Source: Patescibacteria group bacterium (GTDB lineage: Bacteria > Patescibacteriota > Minisyncoccia > Phycocordibacterales > PALSA-1337). Taken from it: 55,056 bases of DNA. The notes beneath the pieces are model-generated. The model did no database searches, was not told where the DNA came from, and worked only from the letters and a program-made list of their open reading frames with translations. Shown here piece by piece: positions 44,545 through 52,533 of the stretch. The translations under genes and the position numbers were made by a program. Positions within the stretch are counted from its first letter, which is position 1, and every line of letters begins with the position of its first letter. The stretch is taken from the NCBI GenBank assembly GCA_040384285.1, contig JAZKJN010000002.1, forward strand, positions 130,640 to 185,695, given 5' to 3'.

Positions 44545-46722
44545 ATGCAAGCCACGACAAATACGCAAATTGCTCCCAAAAACAGATCCGAAGAGGCTGT
44601 TGATCCGCTAGAACTGGCAGCGGTTGTGCTGTCAGCATTTCGGCTTGTGATTGCAGGGGTGACGGTAGCGCTATTGATAAACCATTCAAATTGGTTCGTC
44701 TTCACGGCACTACTTTTTTACGTCTGTATTGCTGGGCTAAATTGGGCCGCTCTGCGACGGTTTTTGTTAGTGGGGATTGGTCAACGGTTTTTTGTAATCA
44801 CAGACGTATTGATGATTTCCCTAGTCCTTCTTCTTTATGACAAAACGTCTACTGATTTAGCATTTTTTTACGCTGTACCTCTTGTAGCCGCGGTGGGGCT
44901 GCTGTCATTTAAAGATAACTACCTCCTTTGCGGGTTTACCGTCGCCTGTTACCTAGCCGTTGCAGGGATTAACGTATATAAATACGGCCATATAACCTGG
45001 GGACCCATACTGACGGCGTTTACTCGAAGTATACTATTTGGAATAGTGTGGATACCAGTGTCCTACATCGTAGAACGAGATCGGCTCGTCCGTGGACGAA
45101 GGGCCGCATTTTTGGCTCTTTTTGCCGAAATGTCCCAAAAAGCATCGGAATTGGAGGTTTTAAAAACACTAGTGCAACATTCCCATCAATTGGGTTTTGA
45201 GCGGATGCGGATTTGGCTTCTCCCAACTTCACCAGAGCAGGGTGTTCTATTTCGAAGCTTTCTTTGCACAAATAATCACGACTGCGCAGCCGAGTTTAAT
45301 GCTGGAAATGAAAGAGTTTTTGAGAACGACGCTACAGGTTACTTGTGTTTGGAAAAAAATCAGGTGCTTCGGTGCCGCTATTACCCGAGATGGTTTGACC
45401 GTATGCGTTTCCCGGGCGAATGGGTCAACGTTTTACCAGAGCTTGATCCCGCCCGGGCTAAATTGGGTAAATCCGAATCAACCGAATGGCTCGAAATGCC
45501 TCTTCGTAGAGGGAGCGTGAGCTTAGGTAAAGTCTCTCTCGATAACGCTATTACAAACCGAGGAACGTTGACGAGTGATGTCGCAAACTTTACCCAACTA
45601 GCGGAGTTTCTAGCAGTCGTGTTTCAGCGCCTTCAATCACATGAGGAGGCTCAACGGAAGGACGCTCAACACGAACGTGTGCTTGACACGCTTCCCATAG
45701 CTGTATTTTTTAAAGATGTAGACGGCCGCTTCCAATTCGTCAATCGAACCTGCGAACGGTACATTGGACGCGCCAAAGACTACATTAACGGGAAGACAGA
45801 CTTGGAATTATTCCCTTCTGACCTAGCAAAAAAGTATTGGGATAATGACCGAAATGTAATCACTGAACAGAGTATATTTACTGATCGAGATGAAACATTT
45901 CAAATGCCTAACGGAAGTAGGGTGTCGATAAGTGTGGTTAAAGTGCCTCTCTTTACTAGCGTTGCAGGGCGTTCAATTGTAAATGGTGTTTTAGGGTACT
46001 TTACCCCATCTAATGATGCTCGAGTGGTTGAAGCTGAGAGTGCAGAACGCCAATTCAAAATGTTCAGGTGGTTTACGCACGATTCCAACGAATTGATTAA
46101 ATCCATACGCTCTACTTTGCCGCTAATCCCCTTTGAAATGCGTTCAAAGCCAATAAATACTCAGCGAGTAAACAATTATATTGATGAGATCGCTCGCAAT
46201 GTTGAACTGACGCTTTGTGGTTATCATGCTTACGGGTATTGGGGTGCGAAAAAGCGCTACAGTTGGGAAACTTCGCAACAACCCATGCTGATATCTGAAC
46301 TTGTGGGACGTATTGTGGAAGTATGCCTGACAAACAACGATCGCGTTGTCTTGGTTGCTCAAGTGGAGCCTCAAAACCTATCTGTTTGCGTAGATGACTT
46401 TAAGTTCACATTCATGGTTATGCAACTTGTCACCAACGCGATTAAAGCAGTTGACAAGCGAAGTAGTACTGGTGAGCGCAAAGTGGTTGTTTCGATTTAC
46501 ACTCAGGGCGATGTCTTGGTAACCTTGGTCAAGGACAACGGTTGCGGATGCCCTCCAGAAGAACAGAAAAAAGTCGGGGAAGAAGAATTTTCAACTTGGA
46601 ATGGAAGCGGTTTAGGCCTCCAAATAGTTCGTGCTTTCGCAAATATGACAGGCGGCTCTTTCTCGAAGAAATTTCCCCCCGAGGGGGGGGCGGAATTCTG
46701 TGTAAAAATAAGAATTGTATGA
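44545..46722 (+). CDS. Membrane sensor histidine kinase (multi-TM, GAF-like, PAS/PAC, HATPase)
   Basis: 5-6 TM; PAS VLDTLPIAVFFKDVDGRFQFVN...GKTDLELFP; H-box FTHD; N-box QLVTNAIKA; DNGCG; GSGLGLQIV. Confidence 0.92.
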   Translation: MQATTNTQIAPKNRSEEAVDPLELAAVVLSAFRLVIAGVTVALLINHSNWFVFTALLFYVCIAGLNWAALRRFLLVGIGQRFFVITDVLMISLVLLLYDKTSTDLAFFYAVPLVAAVGLLSFKDNYLLCGFTVACYLAVAGINVYKYGHITWGPILTAFTRSILFGIVWIPVSYIVERDRLVRGRRAAFLALFAEMSQKASELEVLKTLVQHSHQLGFERMRIWLLPTSPEQGVLFRSFLCTNNHDCAAEFNAGNERVFENDATGYLCLEKNQVLRCRYYPRWFDRMRFPGEWVNVLPELDPARAKLGKSESTEWLEMPLRRGSVSLGKVSLDNAITNRGTLTSDVANFTQLAEFLAVVFQRLQSHEEAQRKDAQHERVLDTLPIAVFFKDVDGRFQFVNRTCERYIGRAKDYINGKTDLELFPSDLAKKYWDNDRNVITEQSIFTDRDETFQMPNGSRVSISVVKVPLFTSVAGRSIVNGVLGYFTPSNDARVVEAESAERQFKMFRWFTHDSNELIKSIRSTLPLIPFEMRSKPINTQRVNNYIDEIARNVELTLCGYHAYGYWGAKKRYSWETSQQPMLISELVGRIVEVCLTNNDRVVLVAQVEPQNLSVCVDDFKFTFMVMQLVTNAIKAVDKRSSTGERKVVVSIYTQGDVLVTLVKDNGCGCPPEEQKKVGEEEFSTWNGSGLGLQIVRAFANMTGGSFSKKFPPEGGAEFCVKIRIV

Positions 46723-47240
46723 GCATTTGTACTAGAGTGGTAGTTTGTCAGGACGCAAGAACCCGACAATTAAAGCGCGTAGCTACAGAGAATGAATTAA
46801 ATGCCTTTCCTTTTGACGCAGTACTCAGAGAGCGTCTTAGGGAGCAATGTAACCGCGATCTTGCGTTGATGTTGCTCCTGCGTGAGAAAGATCGTGAGGT
46901 GTGGTTGTTTGACGGTTATGAGGACGACCTTGTCACACCCATAAAAACTCCCGCTCTAGGCGCGGACAAACTAAATGCACTCATTACTCAGAACGCAGCA
47001 AATGGTTTGGTGTTTGACCTGGCATATTTTGGAGATTTTGAATACGGGATGGAGATGCTGCGTGCCCTTCAGAAGATGGGTACTCTTCACTCTCTGACCA
47101 AACTTGTGGTTGTATCCTGGTTTTTGCACGAGCAGATGCATGATTTTCCTCGCAGACTTTCTGACGAATTCAATGTGCAGCCTGAACGGCTTGTTTATGC
47201 GCTGCGGGCTCCGATTGACCACATCGAGTCGCTACTTTAG
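46719..47240 (+). CDS. Atypical receiver-domain protein translationally coupled to the kinase
   Basis: ATGA overlap at 46719; WLFDGYEDD, LVFDLAY (Asp), GMEMLRAL, KLVVVSW; no KP motif. Confidence 0.65.
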   Translation: MSICTRVVVCQDARTRQLKRVATENELNAFPFDAVLRERLREQCNRDLALMLLLREKDREVWLFDGYEDDLVTPIKTPALGADKLNALITQNAANGLVFDLAYFGDFEYGMEMLRALQKMGTLHSLTKLVVVSWFLHEQMHDFPRRLSDEFNVQPERLVYALRAPIDHIESLL

Positions 47241-47276
47241 TGGGTTTTCGACTCTGCCGGAAGATTTCCCATAGGT

Positions 47277-47379
47277 TCCCCTTGGGGAGGAATCCGGCAG
47301 GGGGTCGGAGACGCCCCTCGGTCAGCCATCGCACGCACGAAAAAGCCCCGCCTTCATGCCGGGCAGTTCCGAGACTGAA
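47277..47379. repeat. ~100-bp imperfect direct repeat, copy 1 (contains a minus-strand terminator)
   Basis: ggggaggaatccggcagggggtcggagacgcccctcggtcagcca..gcac.cacgaaaaagccccgc...agactgaa is shared with 50711-50822. Confidence 0.85.
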
Positions 47380-47405
47380 TACACGAGTCCATTGCGCAAC
47401 TTGAA

Positions 47406-48116
47406 TTATTTTCTCTTAGGACTGCACAGCACTGTGTAGGTCAGAAACAACTCGCCTCGCAGCACTTTCAACTTTTTCAGCTTAAGCCTGATCGCACCTC
47501 TGATCGATTTCACGCCCTCCCCATCACAAAATGTTGGAGCGTGGCTTCCGCACAGCACCAGAGGACAGATGGTCAAACGCACTTCGTCAACGACACCCGC
47601 TTGCAGAAGTGCCGCATTTGTTTTCCCTCCGCCTTCGCACAGGAGTCGTTTGATTTTCAGTTCACGGCGCAACCATCGAAATGCGCTCGGGAAACTCAGT
47701 TTCTTTCTTCCAAAAGCTTTTACGGTTGCTAAGCCCTTCAATCGGGTGGAGCACTTTCTGAATGCCTTTTCCGTTGTGAGAACTATCACTGGTGATGCGC
47801 ACTTGTGAAAAATTTCAGCGTGCGGATCGATATTGCCATCCTCACACCCCAAGACCCGCAAGGGCTCTGACGAAAGCCCGCGCTTTAGGCGTTGCTTGCG
47901 CCTCGCATTTGAACCGGGGCCGAGATCGAGTGAGAAAGCTTTAACCGTGTTTGCGCCACAAAGAACGGCATCGGCAGTCGCACGAAGTTGCAGAACGAAT
48001 TGTTGGTCGCGAGCACTGCTGAACTGGATCACCGTGCGATTCTCCAAAGCCAACTTTCCATCTGCCGACACGGCACCATTCATAAATACAAACGGCAGAA
48101 CATGTTGGCGAGACAT
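47406..48116 (-). CDS. RibD C-terminal-like reductase (DHFR fold), stand-alone
   Basis: MNGAVSADGKLA, LRATADAVLCGANTV, RLLCEGGGKTNAALLQAGVVDEVRLTICP. Confidence 0.9.
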   Translation of the reverse strand: MSRQHVLPFVFMNGAVSADGKLALENRTVIQFSSARDQQFVLQLRATADAVLCGANTVKAFSLDLGPGSNARRKQRLKRGLSSEPLRVLGCEDGNIDPHAEIFHKCASPVIVLTTEKAFRKCSTRLKGLATVKAFGRKKLSFPSAFRWLRRELKIKRLLCEGGGKTNAALLQAGVVDEVRLTICPLVLCGSHAPTFCDGEGVKSIRGAIRLKLKKLKVLRGELFLTYTVLCSPKRK

Positions 48117-48268
48117 TGAGTGACGTCACTGTAGCCTCCGATAGAGCAACGACAATTCAATTTGCCCTTCGATTACCTCTCCTGGGTTGGAACACCCTTC
48201 CGTTGGCGAGTTATGGCAAAAACAGGGTGAAAAACCTGTGAAGAAGTGTGAACAAAATAATCTTGCCC

Positions 48269-48316
48269 CCGCAAGCTGTAGTGCGAACATCGTCACACCT
48301 CAACTAGATGTTGTGG
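48269..48316. promoter_or_regulatory. Tandem NrdR-box-like operators, 32 bp apart
   Basis: ccgCAAgcTgTAGtgc (48269-48284) and caaCTAgATgTTGtgg (48301-48316) versus consensus acaCwAtATaTwGtg. Confidence 0.55.
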
Positions 48317-48317
48317 G

Positions 48318-48492
48318 TCAACGGCCTCTGTGAAGCTGTTGAATTCTGCACGGCGACGAGGCAAGCCCGCCGCCGTGCAGGTTAAACGGGTCAGCGTGAG
48401 CCAACCGCGTCTGGACAACAAAGGTTAGGCTCACGCTCGACCCTTCAACAATAAAAAGTTGCTCACATTCGGTATGGCTTGCCGGTGAGCAA
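48318..48492 (+). ncRNA. Candidate structured RNA / 5' leader of the lamin-tail gene
   Basis: Stems 48346-48355/48371-48380 (10 bp), 48388-48406/48423-48443 (~19 bp, 2 bulges), 48337-48343/48444-48450, 48459-48466/48485-48492, and an alternative stem 48318-48325/48335-48342. Strand is inferred from the downstream gene. Confidence 0.5.
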
Positions 48493-48506
48493 GTGGAGAA
48501 CAGTCC

Positions 48507-49025
48507 ATGAACAACTCATTGTTCATTCATCGGGCCAAGCCTAATCCGCTTGGCAAAGACACGGCTCAACACATTCCTAAGCCAGAACAGTTGCTGGGCG
48601 AATGGGTTGATCTGGTCAACAACAGTAACGCGGGCATAAACCTTGGAAATTACTCCTTGGCTAACCTGCAATTCGATTCGCGGTGCGCCCCAGTCGGGCC
48701 GCCGCAAATCTACTGGTCAGGAGACGCGGCAATAACACTGGGACCGGGGCAAATAGTCCGTATCCATACAGGACGGGCCGCCGATTGGTGGGTGGCTCAT
48801 CAAGAGGACAAAACTGGAGTTCATTACCACTCCTGTGCCGAGCGCGGCTCATTCGTACTCAATAACCGCTGTGGCGACACAGTGAGTATCTGGACGAAGG
48901 ACCGGCTGGGGAATTGGCAGAACGTCGATATTGCTTCGTACGATCCCAATCCGCCCGAAGGTGCCATACTTGAACGGTCGGGTAGCAAGTTGGTTGTAGG
49001 TGTTCGTTCTAGGCTCTACGCCTAG
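48507..49025 (+). CDS. Lamin-tail-domain (LTD)-like protein
   Basis: GEWVDLVN...INLGNYSL, ITLGPGQIVRIHTG, VLNNRCGDTVSI; GGAGA RBS. Confidence 0.75.
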   Translation: MNNSLFIHRAKPNPLGKDTAQHIPKPEQLLGEWVDLVNNSNAGINLGNYSLANLQFDSRCAPVGPPQIYWSGDAAITLGPGQIVRIHTGRAADWWVAHQEDKTGVHYHSCAERGSFVLNNRCGDTVSIWTKDRLGNWQNVDIASYDPNPPEGAILERSGSKLVVGVRSRLYA

Positions 49026-49207
49026 TCCACGGTTCCTCTTCGAACAGGAGAGCCACTTCGGTGGCTCTCCCTTTTTGTCTTGGTAATTGGGAAAGCCTTT
49101 GTCGGACTCCGCTTGCGCTGAAATGGCTCGGTTCAATCGCTCGTTAATGACGAAGCATGTCAGTTTTAGGGAAACATGCAGTATTGCCATAGAAACTAAA
49201 GTTTGTA

Positions 49208-49501
49208 GTGTCGGTCATGCAAAAGGCCGCGCGATTCATCGTGATAGCTGCGCTTTGTTTGGTCGCGACCGTCAACCAGCTCTATGCTGACTCCATCGCG
49301 ATTTCCTCAAGCAGTAGCGCAAATAGCGCCATCAATTTTGGCTCTCCCCCTTCGGAGTCCAACAACGATGTTCTGATTGCTGTCGTAAGCGGAATGTTCG
49401 GCCTTGCAGGAGTAGTCCTCACCGCCTTTATCGCTCAAAATCGTAAATCGCGTACCGGCGCTCGCTCGCGCAATGCAAAAGCGCGTGGAAAATCTGACTG
49501 A
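49208..49501 (+). CDS. Small exported/membrane protein (97 aa)
   Basis: Signal-like N-terminus, Ser-rich linker, TM, basic tail. Confidence 0.55.
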   Translation: MSVMQKAARFIVIAALCLVATVNQLYADSIAISSSSSANSAINFGSPPSESNNDVLIAVVSGMFGLAGVVLTAFIAQNRKSRTGARSRNAKARGKSD

Positions 49502-49579
49502 ATCATGGAGAATTAATGCCAACGATGCACTTGATTCGCCCTTGACGGCCTTGCGGTTTAGGTCAAAAAAGTCTCCAAA

Positions 49580-50422
49580 ATGATCTCCATCAAACTTAAG
49601 AAAGTTTCACTGATAGCTTTCTCGCTGATGAGTGGAGTATTGTCAGCACAATCTGAGGTAACTCTCGCAACTCTCCGGGCAGAGATTCAGGGAACTTTGC
49701 GTGCCTACTCCGATCCAGCGTCGGAGTTAAAAACCACCCTCACACTTCTTACCAACGACGTCTTGATTATCGAAACAACGAAAATTGAGGCCCGGAATCA
49801 GGTGACGGAATATCGGCTGCTCGATTTAGGCTCCGGCAGACGTGTAGCTATGACGCTTGGAGGCAAGCGTGCAGTGGAACTACACATCGAAGCAGTTGAT
49901 CGCAACGTAATGACAACAGGGTATTCAGTTCAAAGAGGGAAAACTAATCAACTGACAAGAACGCAATTGCAAGAGCTCCAGTTTAATTTCAAACCTGCTC
50001 AAGCTCTGTACGCCAGCCAATGCGCGGAGCTCTGGAAGGAGCTCTTCGAGAAAGTTGGCTTGGAGGTAAGATTTTTTGATGAAATCCCGGCAGAACCGCC
50101 CGTGGATCGAATCCCGCGCTCTTCTCCACCGGTCCGGTCGCCGAGGTCAAATCCGCCCTCAAGCGAAGAAGAGGCGTCGGTATTTGTCACCGTGGAAAAA
50201 GAGCAAATAACAGGCGCCACGTTTGTAGGATTCAACCATTTCATAAGAAACAAGCACAAGAGCAAAGCAATTCAAGTACGAGTGCTTGGATCGACCACAG
50301 GGAGCGGTTATGTAGATCCCAGTCCCAAAGTTGTGGTCGTTCAACCACAGGATAGAGTGTCCTTGGGCACGACTGATGCGTTTGTTACTTACAAAATTCT
50401 CCACTCGGAGTTTAGAAATTGA
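49580..50422 (+). CDS. Exported two-domain hypothetical protein (280 aa)
   Basis: Signal peptide (..VLSA-Q); Pro-rich linker between two beta-rich domains. Confidence 0.7.
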   Translation: MISIKLKKVSLIAFSLMSGVLSAQSEVTLATLRAEIQGTLRAYSDPASELKTTLTLLTNDVLIIETTKIEARNQVTEYRLLDLGSGRRVAMTLGGKRAVELHIEAVDRNVMTTGYSVQRGKTNQLTRTQLQELQFNFKPAQALYASQCAELWKELFEKVGLEVRFFDEIPAEPPVDRIPRSSPPVRSPRSNPPSSEEEASVFVTVEKEQITGATFVGFNHFIRNKHKSKAIQVRVLGSTTGSGYVDPSPKVVVVQPQDRVSLGTTDAFVTYKILHSEFRN

Positions 50423-50694
50423 ATCGACTCACTATGCTAACAATTCTGAAAAAGACTCACGTGCTACTCCTGCTCGGCATTTTTGCAGTAAGCATGGGCT
50501 GCCATACGGTAAGAGATACAAAAACCAACTCCTTAAACGCCAAAAACGCTCAAGGCAATCCTTGTGCGATTTGTAAATGTACAGGCTTTGCTCCGGATCC
50601 CAATGATGAGTTGATCTGTATCGCTCCGCAGGCAAGGCCCGGCGGCGGCAGATGTCAGCATTCGTACATAAACCATCCAGCTAAGAAGGGATAA
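50419..50694 (+). CDS. Small lipoprotein with a Cys/His cluster
   Basis: Lipobox-like VSMG-C; CAICKC...C...CQH...H; overlaps the upstream stop. Confidence 0.7.
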   Translation: MNRLTMLTILKKTHVLLLLGIFAVSMGCHTVRDTKTNSLNAKNAQGNPCAICKCTGFAPDPNDELICIAPQARPGGGRCQHSYINHPAKKG

Positions 50695-50710
50695 AGCCGG
50701 TCAGAGAATC

Positions 50711-50822
50711 TCCCCCTGGGGGAGGAATCCGGCAGGGGGCAGGGGGTCGGGGACGCCCCTCGGTCAGCCAACGCACACACGAAAAAGCCCCGCTTCGCAG
50801 CGGGGCGATTTCGCAGACTGAA
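50711..50822. repeat. ~110-bp imperfect direct repeat, copy 2 (minus-strand terminator GCCCCGCT-GCGA-AGCGGGGC-TTTTT)
   Basis: Aligns with 47277-47379; has an extra CAGGGGG duplication. Confidence 0.85.
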
Positions 50823-50826
50823 GCTA

Positions 50827-51009
50827 TCAGTCCTTCGGAGGCAAATTGAGTTCTTTGCGCAATTCATCGAGACTGGCTCGGAGATGATTAATCGACGCAT
50901 CTCGAAGGCCGAGCGCGGTTTGAATGTCTCCGCGAATGTGATGAAACGCCTCGGTAAGCTCCTCAATTTGGATTTCGCAATAATCCAATCTGTCTTCCAG
51001 TGGCGTCAT
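50827..51009 (-). CDS. Small coiled-coil protein, paralogue 2 (60 aa)
   Basis: MTPLED...LRDASINHL...LRKELNLP resembles 51099-51320. Confidence 0.7.
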   Translation of the reverse strand: MTPLEDRLDYCEIQIEELTEAFHHIRGDIQTALGLRDASINHLRASLDELRKELNLPPKD

Positions 51010-51034
51010 TGACATGTGTTTTTGAAGTAGCTGG

Positions 51035-51069
51035 TAATGCAGGCTCACGACTACCAAGCCTGTGAGGGA
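51035..51069. repeat. 35-bp hairpin-containing repeat A
   Basis: taatg-caggctcacgactaccaagcctgtgaggga; CAGGCT/AGCCTG stem. Confidence 0.8.
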
Positions 51070-51098
51070 GAAGGCGGGGACAATCCCATCAGGGATGT

Positions 51099-51320
51099 CT
51101 ATTCCTCCGCGCCTGGGAGTTTGAGTTCCCTTCGGAAATCCTCAAAGTCCTCGCCTAACGTGAACACTTCGTCGGTAAGCCTGGAAATCTCATGGTCTCG
51201 ATAGTTGCACGTGGCCTTTACGAGGTCACGAAGGCGCGCCACGTCTTGGATTAGTGCGTCGACGTCGCCGATGCAGCGATTAACTTTTTTCTCCAATTGC
51301 TCATGGGGAGTGAGGTTCAT
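51099..51320 (-). CDS. Small coiled-coil protein, paralogue 1 (73 aa)
   Basis: LTPHEQ...YRDHEISRL...FRRELKLP. Confidence 0.7.
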   Translation of the reverse strand: MNLTPHEQLEKKVNRCIGDVDALIQDVARLRDLVKATCNYRDHEISRLTDEVFTLGEDFEDFRRELKLPGAEE

Positions 51321-51339
51321 GGGTGCGTGTGATGATTGA

Positions 51340-51375
51340 TAATGGCAGGCTCGCGACTACTGAGCCTGTGAGGGA
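51340..51375. repeat. 36-bp hairpin-containing repeat B
   Basis: taatggcaggctcgcgactactgagcctgtgaggga; matches 51035-51069. Confidence 0.8.
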
Positions 51376-51554
51376 AAACCGCGTCGGCGGCTCTGTCCCT
51401 GGCGCTTCACCGTTACGCCTTTCTGGCCGGCGGTGATGCCGTTCCTGTAGCTTTCGAGGACTTTCTCGGAAACCCATCGGACGATAGCGAACTCGTCTTC
51501 GCTCCCGTTGAGCTTCTTCAAAAGCTCTGCTTCAAACTCCTGAATGTATGTCAT
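51357..51554 (-). CDS. Small hypothetical protein (65 aa, MTYIQEFEAEL...FPSQAQ)
   Basis: ATG at 51554 after an A/C-rich leader; helical composition. Confidence 0.65.
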   Translation of the reverse strand: MTYIQEFEAELLKKLNGSEDEFAIVRWVSEKVLESYRNGITAGQKGVTVKRQGQSRRRGFPSQAQ

Positions 51555-51798
51555 GTGTTTGTGCGTTTGGCTGATAAGAATCGACCTTTGTGCGTGGCGT
51601 CTGAGCGCCTCCGCACTCTGAACGCACCGGCCGAAGTCACAGGTTGGGCGAGCGCGGTGGAACGAATCCGACCGGGCTGGGCTGGAGCGACCTTGACCGG
51701 ACGGTACAATGGGAAGAGGGCGGGCGCGAATGGACCCGAGGGGCGTGGGGCTAAATGGTTCCGTAATTTCGGAGCCGTTCTCTCTTTTCGTGGAAACG

Positions 51799-52533
51799 CT
51801 ACACCCTTTGCGGTGGGGCCACGGAGTCGAAATTTGCGCGGACGAGATCAACCACTCCTTGCATACAAATGTTCCAGTGCTTGGCTAACGCTTGATAAAC
51901 CACATCTACGTCTGTCGGTTTGCATGGTGATCCTCCAGTCTTTGCGAATGGGCCGTCAGATTCTACCAAGACCCGGTCGGGGGGCGTGCATTCCAAAATT
52001 CGTTTTCCCTTAGCAGTGCATAGCATCGCTGGATTGATTGAAACAAAATGACCATCGGAAATTACTTCAAGAAGAACTTTCTCAGTTCCTGTGAACCAAT
52101 GGAATACGGACTTTCTGATTTTGTGGCGTCGAAGCGCCTCCATAACCGCACTCTCAGCCCCTCGGCTGTGCAACGTGATAAATCGTGGACGATCATTGAG
52201 GGCGCAAAGAACCTCCTCGAAAACACGCACTTGAATGGGCTTCGATGCCAGTCCTTGCCGCGAGAAATCGAGGCCGATTTCCCCAATGAAGTGAGAGTAA
52301 GGCGCCATCTGCTTAAATGCGCCCAGTTCGCGGATGCCTTCAGCCGCGAAGAGTGGATGCATCCCCAAAGCCGGAGATACAAGTTTGTGCCCGCAGAGCC
52401 TGTCGGCAGCGACTGCGAAGTGCGAAGGAAGATTCGTGACAGCAACGACTCGTATCGCGCTCCTCTCACACTCCCGGATCACTTCTTCGGGCGAAGGAAA
52501 CTGGTCAATGTGACAGTGTGTGTCGATCAGCAT
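51799..52533 (-). CDS. qatD: QatD, TatD-family nuclease
   Basis: IDTHCH, ALGMHP, IGEIGLD, TLHSRG, VFHWFTG, VESDGP; last gene of a qat-type operon. Confidence 0.9.
   Translation of the reverse strand: MLIDTHCHIDQFPSPEEVIRECERSAIRVVAVTNLPSHFAVAADRLCGHKLVSPALGMHPLFAAEGIRELGAFKQMAPYSHFIGEIGLDFSRQGLASKPIQVRVFEEVLCALNDRPRFITLHSRGAESAVMEALRRHKIRKSVFHWFTGTEKVLLEVISDGHFVSINPAMLCTAKGKRILECTPPDRVLVESDGPFAKTGGSPCKPTDVDVVYQALAKHWNICMQGVVDLVRANFDSVAPPQRV

Noticed and set aside
46542-46718. Longer start of the receiver ORF given by the ORF track
   Set aside because: It overlaps the kinase by 180 nt; the ATGA-coupled start at 46719 is far more plausible.
48318-48492. Retron msr/msd interpretation of the structured region
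   Set aside because: No reverse transcriptase nearby. Kept only as an unclassified structured RNA candidate.
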